Below are positions 1 to 8,726 of a DNA stretch of 49,068 nt, in pieces. Position numbers and translations under genes: made by a program. Under the pieces are notes generated by a model. The model searched no databases. It was not told where the DNA came from and saw nothing but the letters and a program-made list of their open reading frames with translations. This DNA is from Frankiaceae bacterium (GTDB lineage: Bacteria > Actinomycetota > Actinomycetes > JAFAQI01): positions 1 through 49,068 of the forward strand of contig JAVEEG010000081.1 in NCBI GenBank assembly GCA_030840585.1, written 5' to 3'. Each line of letters starts with the position of its first letter. Within the stretch, counting starts at the first letter, position 1.

Positions 1-34
1 CGACGTCGTCAACGGTCAGCGGCCGGAACGTCAT
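1..34 (-). CDS. 5' end of a gene running off the window (N-terminus MTFRPLTVDDV...)
   Basis: ATG at 34-32 on the minus strand. Only 11 codons are visible, so no family call is possible. Confidence 0.2.
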   Translation of the reverse strand, partial: MTFRPLTVDDV

Positions 35-106
35 CTGCGCAGTCACCGGCCCAGCCTGACCGATCCCGCCCGCAGCCGCATCTGATTTGTCGGGGACCAT
101 GGAGCC

Positions 107-625
107 ATGACCGAGCAACCGGAGGGCCCAACCGAAGGGCTGCGCATCGTGACCGTCGGACCGGACGGCCAGCCCATCGGGCCCGGCCAGCCGGATGACG
201 ACGATGGCATGCCGTTGACCGAGATGGTCGAGCAGCCCGCGAAGGTCATGCGAATCGGCACGATGATCAAGCAGCTGCTCGAAGAAGTGCGGGCCGCACC
301 GCTCGACGAGGCCAGCCGGGTCCGGCTGCGCGAGATTCACCAGAGCTCGATCAAGGAACTGGCCAGCGGGCTCGCCCCCGAGCTGCGGGAGGAACTCGAG
401 CGGCTGACGCTGCCGTTCTCGGACGATTCGGTGCCGACCGACGCCGAGCTACGGATCGCGCAGGCTCAGCTGGTCGGTTGGCTGGAGGGGCTGTTCCACG
501 GCATCCAGACCGCGTTGTTCGCCCAGCAGATGGCCGCCCGCGCGCAACTCGAAGAGATGCGCCGCCGCGCCTTGCCAATGGGCGCGCCAGACCAACCCGC
601 CCAACAAACAGGCCCCTACCTGTAG
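107..625 (+). CDS. bpa: Bacterial proteasome activator (Bpa/PafE, DUF2587 family)
   Basis: 172-aa ORF with a disordered acidic N-terminus and a helical core (KQLLEEVR...LREIHQSSIKEL...AQLVGWLEGLFHG). The C-terminal tail is ...QQTGPYL, resembling the GQYL proteasome-docking tail. Confidence 0.75.
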   Translation: MTEQPEGPTEGLRIVTVGPDGQPIGPGQPDDDDGMPLTEMVEQPAKVMRIGTMIKQLLEEVRAAPLDEASRVRLREIHQSSIKELASGLAPELREELERLTLPFSDDSVPTDAELRIAQAQLVGWLEGLFHGIQTALFAQQMAARAQLEEMRRRALPMGAPDQPAQQTGPYL

Positions 626-760
626 TTCGCGCCGCCCCCTCCCCGTCGACTGTGACGTTTGAGGCGGAATGACCGGCGGATAACGCTTCGAACGTCACAG
701 TCGACAGCGATAGCCGGGGGTCGGACACAACCTTTCCGGCCGGCCGGGAGTCTGTGGGGC

Positions 761-1288
761 GTGGGCGACATCGGTCAGACCGCGCAAGAAGCGATCCCGA
801 CGCCCGTTGCCGAGCAGAGCGACGAGGCGCTGCTCACCGCGCTGTTCCTCGACCGGTACGACGCGCTGATCCGGTTCGCGACTGCGATCGCGGGTTCGCG
901 CCACCGGGCCGAGGACGCCGTACAGGACGCGTATGCGCGGTTGTTCGCCCACCCGCGACGGCTGCGGGATCGGGGCGCGGCCGACGCTTACTTGCGTTCC
1001 GCGGTGCTGAACGCGGCCCGGTCCGCCGCGCGGCGCCGGCCGCTCTTGCACCGGGCCGCAAAGCCCGACGCCGATCTCGCGCTCGGTGTCGCCGCGCGCC
1101 GGGACGTCGTCACCGCCCTGCAGTCGTTGCCGCGGCGCGAACGCGAGGCGGTCGCGTTGCGCTACCTGCTCGACCTGTCCGAGCGGGACACGGCGCTGGC
1201 GCTGCGGGTCAGCGTCGGTGCGGTGAAGGGTTACACGTCGCGCGGGCTGGCCCGGCTCGCTGATCTGCTCGGAGACCGTGATGGCTGA
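761..1288 (+). CDS. ECF (sigma-70 family) RNA polymerase sigma factor
   Basis: Region 2 (RAEDAVQDAYARLF) and region 4 (LPRREREAVALRYLLDLSERDTALALRVSVGAVKGYTSRGLARL) motifs. GTG at 761 follows a GGGAG; the track ORF begins at 659. Confidence 0.85.
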   Translation: MGDIGQTAQEAIPTPVAEQSDEALLTALFLDRYDALIRFATAIAGSRHRAEDAVQDAYARLFAHPRRLRDRGAADAYLRSAVLNAARSAARRRPLLHRAAKPDADLALGVAARRDVVTALQSLPRREREAVALRYLLDLSERDTALALRVSVGAVKGYTSRGLARLADLLGDRDG

Positions 1289-2186
1289 ACCGTCCGACGT
1301 CCTCGTAAGGCTGCGCGAGGTCCCCGGTGCGAGCCCGGACGACGACACCTTGCGCGCGATCCTCGCCGCGGGTCGGCGGCGGCGGGGTCGTCGCCGGTAC
1401 GCGCCGGTCGCGGCGTCGGCCGTGGCCGTCGCGATGGTGGCGGTGGTCGCGCTCGTGGTGCGGCCGTTCGGCACCGCCGATGACCGCCCGGCCGGTGGCG
1501 GGCACCAGTGCACGCCCGCCCAGCTGCGGGTCACTACCAGCGCCATCTCCATCGGCTCGAACCCGCACCCGTTCGACAGCGTGACCGTGCTCATCCAGAC
1601 CAGGCAGCGCTGCGCCGTTTCCGGCCCGTTCCGGATCGAGGTCCGCGCGGCCGACGGGACGTGGACGCCCGTCCCGCAACCGGCGCAGGTGGTCGGCATC
1701 CGGCACATGCTCGCCACCGGACGGCAGACCGCCGCGACGCTACGGCTGGACCCGCCGAGGACGTACGGCATCGACCTCGGCTGGACCCGCAAGTCGGCGC
1801 GATGCGCGCCGCGCGACATCCGGCTGGCCGGTCCGGGTCTCGCCATCCCGATGGCATCACTGCCGCAGTGGTGCGGCCAACCGATCGCCGTGAGCAACAC
1901 CTACTCCGCCTACGTCACGTACAGCGTCAAGTGGATCAGCGCGGTGCCGAAGGGCGACGACCTGATCGTCACCTACCAAGGTGTGTGCCGCGGGGTTCGC
2001 CCGCAGGTCGCCGAAACCGCGCGCACCGTCACCGTCGCCCTCGTTACGGCGGTCGTCACCGGACCGAGTGGCTGCTTCGCGATTCCCCTGACGCCGGTGA
2101 CGACGCGAGCGCGATTGCAACAACCGCTGGGCGACCGAAAGCTGCTGCATGCGAAGGTCGGACTGTGGCCGGCGATCAGTCGCTGA
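1281..2186 (+). CDS. Single-pass membrane protein with a DUF4232-like extracytoplasmic domain (candidate anti-sigma partner)
   Basis: Overlaps the sigma stop codon. It has an Arg-rich juxtamembrane segment, then a TM (VAASAVAVAMVAVVALVV), then C-x3-L...C-x-V-x-G-P repeats typical of DUF4232. Confidence 0.6.
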   Translation: MAEPSDVLVRLREVPGASPDDDTLRAILAAGRRRRGRRRYAPVAASAVAVAMVAVVALVVRPFGTADDRPAGGGHQCTPAQLRVTTSAISIGSNPHPFDSVTVLIQTRQRCAVSGPFRIEVRAADGTWTPVPQPAQVVGIRHMLATGRQTAATLRLDPPRTYGIDLGWTRKSARCAPRDIRLAGPGLAIPMASLPQWCGQPIAVSNTYSAYVTYSVKWISAVPKGDDLIVTYQGVCRGVRPQVAETARTVTVALVTAVVTGPSGCFAIPLTPVTTRARLQQPLGDRKLLHAKVGLWPAISR

Positions 2187-2985
2187 CGTAGAGGCGTTCG
2201 AGTACGACGGCCACGCCGTCGTCGTCGTTCGACGCCGTCACCTCGTCGACGATTGCGAGCACTTCGGGATGCGCGTTCGCGACCGCGACACTGTGCCCGG
2301 CCCACGCGAGCATCGGCAGGTCGTTCGGCATGTCGCCGAACGCGACGACATCCGCGGCCGAGTGGCCGTTGCGCTGCACTACTTCGGCCAGCGTTGTCGC
2401 CTTGCTGATCCCGGCGGCACTGATCTCGAGCAGGCCGTCGCGAGAGGAGTGCGTCATCGTCGCGGTCGCCTCGTCGACGACCGCACGCGCGCGGCGTAAC
2501 AACTCGTCCGAGTCGAGTCCTTCGTGGCGGGCCAGCAACTTCGCCAACGGCCGCGACAGCAGGGTCTCGAGATCGGCGACCACCGCGCCAGCGTCGACCG
2601 TGGGCCAGCGCGGCCGGTACGCCGGCTCGTGGCCGAACTCCAATTCGACCGTCTCGACCGCGAACCCGAGGCCGGGGATCGCGGCCCGCAACGACGCCAC
2701 CAACTCGCGCGCGACATCGACGCCGAGCGGATGTGACTCGACGATCGTCTCGGTCCGCAAGTCGTAGACCAGCGCGCCGTTCGCGCACACAGCGAGACCG
2801 TGGTGCCCGGTCTGCTCGGCGATCTGATGCATCCATCGCGGCGGCCGGCCGGTGACGATGACGACGGTCGCGCCAGCCTCCGCCGCCATCACCAATGCGT
2901 CGCGGGTGCGGGTGGAAATGGTGCCGTCCGATCGCACGATGGTGCCGTCGAGATCGGTCGCGACGACCAGCGGCACCAACTTCAT
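2176..2985 (-). CDS. Cof-type HAD-IIB family hydrolase
   Basis: [17 protein letters not shown] (DxDGT motif), ...[10 protein letters not shown]..., ...[15 protein letters not shown] at 2985 overlaps the serS stop (ATGA). The track ORF extends spuriously to 3240. Confidence 0.85.
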   Translation of the reverse strand: MKLVPLVVATDLDGTIVRSDGTISTRTRDALVMAAEAGATVVIVTGRPPRWMHQIAEQTGHHGLAVCANGALVYDLRTETIVESHPLGVDVARELVASLRAAIPGLGFAVETVELEFGHEPAYRPRWPTVDAGAVVADLETLLSRPLAKLLARHEGLDSDELLRRARAVVDEATATMTHSSRDGLLEISAAGISKATTLAEVVQRNGHSAADVVAFGDMPNDLPMLAWAGHSVAVANAHPEVLAIVDEVTASNDDDGVAVVLERLYVSD

Positions 2986-4244
2986 GCGATCGGTTCGAGC
3001 ACCTCGCGGCCGAGGTATGGCCGCAGCGCTTCCGGCACCCGGACCGATCCGTCGGCTTGCTGATGCACTTCGAGCAGGCAGGCAATCGTTCGCGCGATCG
3101 CGCACAGCGTTCCGTTGAGTGTCGCGACCGGCGCCGGGCCCTCCGCGGTGCGGTAGCGCACGCCGAGCCGGCGCGATTGGAACGTCGTGCAGTTCGACGT
3201 AGAAGTCAGTTCGCGGTAACGACCCTGCGACGGGAACCACGCCTCGCAGTCGAACTTGCGCGCCGCACTCGACCCGAGATCACCGGCCGCAATGTCCAGC
3301 ACCTGGAACGGCAACTCCAGCGACGTCAGGAATTGCTTCTCCCAGTCGAGCAACCGGCGATGTTCGGCAACCGCATCGTCCGGCGGGCAGAACGAGAACA
3401 TCTCGACCTTGTCGAACCAGTGCACCCGGATGATGCCTTTGGTGTCCTGGCCATACGAGCCGGCCTCGCGGCGGAAGCACGACGAGAAGCCGGCGTACCG
3501 GCGCGGCAGCAGATCCCCGTCGAGGATCTCGTCCATGTGCATCGCGGCCAGCGCGACCTCGCTGGTGCCGACGAGATACAGATCGTCGGACTCCACCCGG
3601 TAGATCTCGGCGGCGTGCGCACCGAGAAAACCGGTGCCCTCCATGGCTTCCGGCCGTACCAACGACGGCGCGATCACCGGCACGAACCCGGCCGCCGTCG
3701 CTTGCGCCATCGCCAGGTTCACCAACGCGAGTTCGAGCAACGCGCCTACGCCGGTGAGGAAGTAGAACCGCGCACCGCTGACCTTCGCGCCGCGTTCCAG
3801 ATCGATCGCGCCGAGCCGCTGGCCGATCTCGACATGGTCGCGAACCTCGAAGTCGTACGACGGCACCGTGCCGATCGTCTCGATCACGACCGAGTCGGCT
3901 TCACCGCCTTCCGGCGCGCCGTCCTCGACGAGGTTCGCCAACGCGTACGACGTCGCGCGCAATGCGACGTCCGCGGCCGACTGCTCCTCCTCCGCGGCGC
4001 GGACCGAATCCTTGAGTGCCTTGGCCTTCTCGATCAACGCCGGTCGCTCGGCCGGCGACGCCGACTGGATCCCTTTGCTGGCCGTATTCGACTCGGCCCG
4101 CAACGTGTCGGCGGCGGTCACCGCGAGCCGGCGGCGTTCGTCCGCGGCGAGCACCGCGTCGACCAGCGCGGGGTCGGAACCGCGCATGCGCTGGCTGCGC
4201 CGGAAAGCGTCCGGGTCGGCACGGAGGGCCCGAAGGTCGATCAC
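2982..4244 (-). CDS. serS: Seryl-tRNA synthetase
   Basis: 420 aa with an N-terminal coiled-coil arm ([12 protein letters not shown]...) and class II motifs ([47 protein letters not shown]). Confidence 0.95.
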   Translation of the reverse strand: MIDLRALRADPDAFRRSQRMRGSDPALVDAVLAADERRRLAVTAADTLRAESNTASKGIQSASPAERPALIEKAKALKDSVRAAEEEQSAADVALRATSYALANLVEDGAPEGGEADSVVIETIGTVPSYDFEVRDHVEIGQRLGAIDLERGAKVSGARFYFLTGVGALLELALVNLAMAQATAAGFVPVIAPSLVRPEAMEGTGFLGAHAAEIYRVESDDLYLVGTSEVALAAMHMDEILDGDLLPRRYAGFSSCFRREAGSYGQDTKGIIRVHWFDKVEMFSFCPPDDAVAEHRRLLDWEKQFLTSLELPFQVLDIAAGDLGSSAARKFDCEAWFPSQGRYRELTSTSNCTTFQSRRLGVRYRTAEGPAPVATLNGTLCAIARTIACLLEVHQQADGSVRVPEALRPYLGREVLEPIA

Positions 4245-4384
4245 GCTCCGAGGCTATCTGTGCGGCCTCGACTACCTGTCTTCGCGAAATTGTTTCGACA
4301 CGGCGCGCGAGGTTCCCGACGAAGCCCCGTTGTCCGGGTCAGTACGAACGGGTCGTACATCCCCCACGAAGGGAGCTCCACTTC

Positions 4385-4534
4385 ATGAAGCGGATCGCCG
4401 CTGTTCTCACCCTCGCCGGCGCGCTCGTCGGCATCGCCGCCCCGGCTGCTTTCGCCGACGGCAGTGCCTGCGTGCACTTCTACCTGAACGTGAACGGCAC
4501 CGAGCAGACCGTCGACCAGTGCACCCCGGTCTAA
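4385..4534 (+). CDS. Small secreted two-cysteine peptide (49 aa precursor)
   Basis: AAGGGAG lies 9 nt upstream of ATG 4385. Signal peptide MKRIAAVLTLAGALVGIAAPAAFA, then DGSACVHFYLNVNGTEQTVDQCTPV. A hairpin follows. Confidence 0.6.
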   Translation: MKRIAAVLTLAGALVGIAAPAAFADGSACVHFYLNVNGTEQTVDQCTPV

Positions 4535-4557
4535 TCTGCTGAACTCTCTAGTCGAGG

Positions 4558-4584
4558 CCCCCGCACCGTCCGTCAGTGCGGGGG
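4558..4584. terminator. GC-rich hairpin between convergent genes (small peptide / pheA)
   Basis: cccccgcac (4558-4566) pairs with gtgcggggg (4576-4584), with a 9-nt loop. Confidence 0.55.
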
Positions 4585-4601
4585 TCTCGCCGTGTCCGGA
4601 A

Positions 4602-5534
4602 TCAATTACCGCGACGCAGCGCTTCGACCCAGGCATGCGCGTCGGTGAAGTCAACGTCCGCCGTACCCGGCCGTTCGGTCGCCGCGACCCCGTCGGCCCG
4701 CGGGTACGAGCCGAGGAACCGTACGTCGGCACACTCGCGGCGTAGCGCCGCCAACGTCTCTGCCACCCGCGCGCTGGCGATGTGTCCCTCGGCGTCGATC
4801 GAGAAGTAGTAGCGGCCGAGACCGACGCCGGTCGGGCGCGACTCGATACGGGTGAGGTTCACCCCCCGCACCGCGAACTCGGTGAGCAGTTCGAGCAGCG
4901 CACCCGGATGGTCGTCGCGGATGAACGCGATGACCGTCGTACGGTCGGCGTTGCTCGGCGGTGGCGGCGCGGCCGGTTGGCGGACCAACACGAACCGAGT
5001 CACCGCGCCCGCGTTGTCGGCGATGTCCTCGGCGAGCGCGGAGAGCCGGTAGTGCTCGCCGGCGATCGGGGCGGCCACCGCGGCGTCGTACTCGCCGGCC
5101 GCGACCATCCGCGCGCCGTCCGCCGTGCTCGGTGCGGGTACGAACCGCGCCGCCGGCACGTGCGCGCGCAGCCAGCCACGCACCTGCGCCTCGGCGTGCG
5201 GCATCGTCGTGACCGTCTTGACGTCGTCGAGCGACGTGCCGGGCCGGGCGAGCAACGTGAACGTGACCGGCAACAACACCTCGCGGACGATGTGCAACGG
5301 ATCGCCGGTGGCCAGCCCGTCGAGGGTCTCGGCCACCGAACCCTCGACCGAGTTCTCCAGCGGTACGACGGCGCCGGCTGCCTCGCCGGCGCGAACCGCG
5401 TCGTGGGCGTCCGAGACGGAAATGCACGGCAGCGGGTCGAGTCGATCCGCGCCGGGCATCGTCCGCAACGCCGCCTCGCAGAACGTGCCGCGCGGGCCGA
5501 GGTAGGCGTAGCGGCCGGGCGGGATCCCAGGCAC
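4602..5534 (-). CDS. pheA: Prephenate dehydratase
   Basis: YLGPRGTFCEAA, PLENSVEGSV, TRFVLV, and a C-terminal ACT domain (LLELLTEFAVRGVNLTRIESRPT). Confidence 0.9.
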   Translation of the reverse strand: MPGIPPGRYAYLGPRGTFCEAALRTMPGADRLDPLPCISVSDAHDAVRAGEAAGAVVPLENSVEGSVAETLDGLATGDPLHIVREVLLPVTFTLLARPGTSLDDVKTVTTMPHAEAQVRGWLRAHVPAARFVPAPSTADGARMVAAGEYDAAVAAPIAGEHYRLSALAEDIADNAGAVTRFVLVRQPAAPPPPSNADRTTVIAFIRDDHPGALLELLTEFAVRGVNLTRIESRPTGVGLGRYYFSIDAEGHIASARVAETLAALRRECADVRFLGSYPRADGVAATERPGTADVDFTDAHAWVEALRRGN

Positions 5535-5536
5535 CG

Positions 5537-6037
5537 TCAGCGCCGGCTCGGCCCGCGCATCGCGAGCTCGATCGACTGCTCTTCTTCCGGCGACAGCGAC
5601 TGCTCGCTGCGGCCGGCCTTCACGCCCTTCGCGTACGTGCGCGCCTCGCTCCGGCCATGAATCGACGTGATGACGAGGCCGTCGCCGGCGTCGTCGAGCA
5701 GCGCCGCCGTGAACGACAACCGGCCACCCATGTCGCCGAACGCGTCGTACCGGACGACGGAGACGTGCCGCAGCGCATCGCTGAGCGCCGCCTTCGTGGT
5801 CGCGACCTCACTGCGCGCGGCGGCGAGCTCGGAACGCAGCGCCGCGGTTTCGCGCTGTTGCTCGCCGATGACGTCGAGCACGCTGCGCGATCCGTCCGGA
5901 CCGTCGAGGGCGGCGAAGCCGCGGCGCAGCCGGGACACGCGCAGGTGCGCGGTGAACCCGAGCAGCAGCGCGAGCAACGCGCCACCGGCCGCGCCCAGCG
6001 CGACCTCGTCAACGGTGGTCGCGGGCAGCGGGAACAC
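5537..6037 (-). CDS. DUF4446 family membrane protein
   Basis: N-terminal TM (ALGAAGGALLALLLGF), a coiled-coil region, then VVRYDAFGDMGGRLSFTAALLDDAGDGLVITSIHGR. The start is uncertain: GTG 6037, or the ATGs at 6079 and 6109, which lie inside the repeat element. Confidence 0.7.
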   Translation of the reverse strand: MFPLPATTVDEVALGAAGGALLALLLGFTAHLRVSRLRRGFAALDGPDGSRSVLDVIGEQQRETAALRSELAAARSEVATTKAALSDALRHVSVVRYDAFGDMGGRLSFTAALLDDAGDGLVITSIHGRSEARTYAKGVKAGRSEQSLSPEEEQSIELAMRGPSRR

Positions 6038-6070
6038 GGTCCGCAAGCGTAACCGATCGCCGTTGCGTGC

Positions 6071-6141
6071 CGTGATCATGGCGTTCGCAGCACTTTGGCG
6101 CGTGATCATGGCGTTTGCAGCCGTACAACGCCATGATCACG
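6071..6141. repeat. Two 21-nt direct repeats plus an inverted copy (alternative-hairpin element) in a divergent intergenic region
   Basis: cgtgatcatggcgttCgcagc (6071-6091) and cgtgatcatggcgttTgcagc (6101-6121) are direct repeats. aacgccatgatcacg (6127-6141) is the exact reverse complement of the first 15 nt of either copy. Confidence 0.8.
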
Positions 6142-6186
6142 AAACGCGGCGCGGGGGGTGGCGGGCTCACTACTAATGTCGTTTGC

Positions 6187-6948
6187 GTGGACCAGGCCGA
6201 GCTGCGGGCGCTGCTCGAATCCGTGGCGGCGGGCGAGGTCGCAGTCGCCGACGCCGCGTCCACGTTGGTGGCCGGGCCGCTCGCGGGCTATACCGACCTC
6301 GGCTTCGCCCGGCTCGACGCCCATCGCGGCGTGCGCACCGGCGACCCCGAGGTCGTGTACGCCGCCGGCAAGACCACCGAACAGGTCATCGCGCTGCTCG
6401 GCGCGCTGGCCGCACAGCCTGGCGACCGACCCGCGCTCGCGACCCGGCTCACCGACGACATGATCGCCGCGGTCGGTACGGCGTTCCCGGACGCGCTGGT
6501 CGACGAGGTGGCGCGGTGCGTGGCGGTCGGTGCGCTGCCGGCGCCGCGCGGCGAAGTGGTCGTCGTATCGGCGGGCACCAGCGACGAGCGGGTCGCCACC
6601 GAAGCTGCGTTCGTGGCGCGCGCCTTCGGTGCCGACGTCCGCCGGGTGTGCGATGTCGGCGTGGCTGGCATCCACCGGCTGCTGGCCGAACGCGACGCAC
6701 TCGCCGGAGCCGGCTGCCTCGTCGTGGTCGCCGGGATGGAAGGCGCGCTGCCGAGCGTGGTCGGCGGCCTAGTCGGTACGCCGCTGGTCGCGGTGCCGAC
6801 AAGCGTCGGGTACGGCGCCTCCTTCGGCGGCTTGGCCGCGTTGCTCGCGATGCTCAACTCGTGCGCGCCCGGGGTCACGGTCGTGAACATCGACAACGGT
6901 TTCGGCGCCGGTGTGTTCGCGGCCCGGGTCGCGCGCAGGGCCGGATGA
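6187..6948 (+). CDS. larB: Nickel-pincer cofactor biosynthesis protein LarB (AIR-carboxylase-like)
   Basis: LRALLESVAAGEV...LGFARLDAHRGVRTGDPEVVYAAGKT..., VVVVSAGTSDERVA, VVVAGMEGALPSVVGGL, VPTSVGYG. Start is at GTG 6187, or earlier at 6115/6133. Confidence 0.8.
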   Translation: MDQAELRALLESVAAGEVAVADAASTLVAGPLAGYTDLGFARLDAHRGVRTGDPEVVYAAGKTTEQVIALLGALAAQPGDRPALATRLTDDMIAAVGTAFPDALVDEVARCVAVGALPAPRGEVVVVSAGTSDERVATEAAFVARAFGADVRRVCDVGVAGIHRLLAERDALAGAGCLVVVAGMEGALPSVVGGLVGTPLVAVPTSVGYGASFGGLAALLAMLNSCAPGVTVVNIDNGFGAGVFAARVARRAG

Positions 6949-8111
6949 CCCGCGTCGGTTGGGTGGACGCCGGCTCCGGCGTCAGCGGCGACATGTTGCT
7001 CGGCGCGCTGTCCGACCTCGGCGCGCTCGACGTCACAACACTCGGTTTCGACGTAACCGCGACGGCCGGCACTCGCGGCGGCCTGCGCGGTGTCGGTGTC
7101 GCGGTCCGGGCCGAGCCCGATCAGCCGCACCGGCGGCTCGCGGATCTATTGGCGTTGCTCGACCAGATGCCCGTCGGCGCGGAGGTACGCGCGCGGGCGG
7201 CGGCCGTCTTCCATCGGCTGGCCGCGGCCGAGGCTCGCGTGCACGGCGTCGCACCGGAATCCGTCGAGTTCCATGAGGTCGGCGCGGTCGACACGATCGT
7301 CGACGTAGTCGGCGCCTGCCAGGGCTTCGCCGCGTTGGCTCTCGACCAGACCGTCGTGTCGCCGATCGCCCTCGGCGGCGGGCAGACCCGCTCGGCGCAC
7401 GGCGTGCTGCCGGTTCCCGGCCCGGCGGTGCTCGAACTGCTCAGTGCGAGTCACCTCGTCGGGTACGGCGGCCCCGTCGACGTCGAACTGGCGACGCCGA
7501 CCGGCGTAGCGATCCTCGCCGAACTCGCCGACGCCACCGGCCCGATGCCACCGCTTGCGGTGACTGCGACCGGCATCGGTCTCGGCGGTCGCGACCTCGC
7601 CGAGCAGCCCAATGTGTTGCGGATCGTCGTCGGCACGGAATCGTCGGACCGCGACGACGCGTGGCTGCTGCTCGAAGCGAACGTCGACGATCTCGATCCG
7701 CGGTTGTGGCCGGCGGTGCTCGCCCGGCTGCTCGACGCGGGCGCCGGCGACGCCTGGCTCACCCCGATCGTGATGAAGAAGGGCCGCGCGGCGCACACGG
7801 TCAGCGTGCTGGTGAGCCCCGAACTCGCCGACGCCGCGGCCCGGGTGCTGTTCACCGAAAGCTCGACGATCGGCATCCGTACCACCCGGGTCGGCAAGCG
7901 GGCGCTGGCCCGCGAGTGGGTGAGCGTCGACGTCGCCGGCCAGGCGGTGCGGATCAAGCTGGCCAGACTCGACGGCCGGGTGGTGAACGCCGTACCGGAG
8001 TACGACGACGTCGCGGCCGCGGCGGCCGCGCTGGGCCGGCCGGTCAAAGCGGTCCTCGCCGCGGCGACCGCAGCCTCGGCGCACCTGCTCGACGACGCCG
8101 GGACCGGCTGA
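6945..8111 (+). CDS. larC: Nickel insertion protein LarC (DUF111 family)
   Basis: MTRVGWVDAGSGVSGDMLLGAL..., VHFHEVGAVDTIVDVVG-like motif (VEFHEVGAVDTIVDVVG), C-terminal KKGRAAHTVSVL. ATG overlaps the larB stop (ATGA). The upstream part of the 642-aa track ORF is spurious. Confidence 0.85.
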   Translation: MTRVGWVDAGSGVSGDMLLGALSDLGALDVTTLGFDVTATAGTRGGLRGVGVAVRAEPDQPHRRLADLLALLDQMPVGAEVRARAAAVFHRLAAAEARVHGVAPESVEFHEVGAVDTIVDVVGACQGFAALALDQTVVSPIALGGGQTRSAHGVLPVPGPAVLELLSASHLVGYGGPVDVELATPTGVAILAELADATGPMPPLAVTATGIGLGGRDLAEQPNVLRIVVGTESSDRDDAWLLLEANVDDLDPRLWPAVLARLLDAGAGDAWLTPIVMKKGRAAHTVSVLVSPELADAAARVLFTESSTIGIRTTRVGKRALAREWVSVDVAGQAVRIKLARLDGRVVNAVPEYDDVAAAAAALGRPVKAVLAAATAASAHLLDDAGTG

Positions 8112-8716
8112 TGTCGCTCGTCGTCGCGCTCACCGTCTTCGCGACGATCTTCCCGGCCGAGTTGCCGGACAAGACGTTCGTGGCCGTGCTGGTGTTGTCG
8201 ACCCGGTTCGCGCCGTTGCCGGTCTGGGTGGGCGCCGCCGCGGCCTTCGTCGTACAGAGCCTGGTCGCGGTCACGGCCGGCGGGCTGGTCTCGCTGCTGC
8301 CGAAGCAGCCGGTCCGCGCGGTCACCGCGCTGCTGTTCCTGGCCGGCGCGATCGTGCTGCTGCGGCTGCAGGACGAGGAGCCGGAGCAGGAAGCAGCCGA
8401 GGTCGAGGCGGAGGTCCGGGACGTGCCGCGGCGGCCCAGCTTCCGGCGCGCGTCGCTGACCACGTTCGGGGTGCTGTTCGCGGCCGAGTGGGGCGATCTG
8501 AGTCAGGTGCTAACCGCGGCGTTCGCGGCGAAGTACCGCGACCCGGTGTCGGTCGGGGTCGGCGCCACCGCGGCGCTCTGGTTGGTGGCCGGGCTCGGCG
8601 TGATCGGCGGCCGGTCGCTGCTGAAGGTGATCCCGGTGGTGTGGATCCGGCGGGTGGCGGCGGTGCTGTTCTTCGCGTTCGCGGTGATCACCGCGGTCGA
8701 CGCGGCCCGGGCGTAA
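8111..8716 (+). CDS. TMEM165/GDT1 (UPF0016) family cation transporter
   Basis: Two E-x-G-D-(K/R)-(T/S) style motifs (FPAELPDKTF and FAAEWGDLSQ) in a 6-TM protein. Its ATG overlaps the larC stop. Confidence 0.8.
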   Translation: MSLVVALTVFATIFPAELPDKTFVAVLVLSTRFAPLPVWVGAAAAFVVQSLVAVTAGGLVSLLPKQPVRAVTALLFLAGAIVLLRLQDEEPEQEAAEVEAEVRDVPRRPSFRRASLTTFGVLFAAEWGDLSQVLTAAFAAKYRDPVSVGVGATAALWLVAGLGVIGGRSLLKVIPVVWIRRVAAVLFFAFAVITAVDAARA

Positions 8717-8726
8717 CGAAAAGCGC

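Noticed and set aside
43-270. 75-aa minus-strand ORF at the left edge
   Set aside because: It is antisense to bpa, has a Pro/Ser/Gly-rich sequence and no SD.
6183-6944. N-terminal 254 aa of the 642-aa track ORF preceding LarC, with similar long N-terminal extensions at 2176-3240, 21729-22676, 25131-26120, 27354-28415, 9236-10648 and 41269-42705
   Set aside because: The extensions are Arg-rich and overlap the well-supported upstream gene in another frame. Internal starts give canonical N-termini and ATGA/GTGA coupling with the upstream stop.
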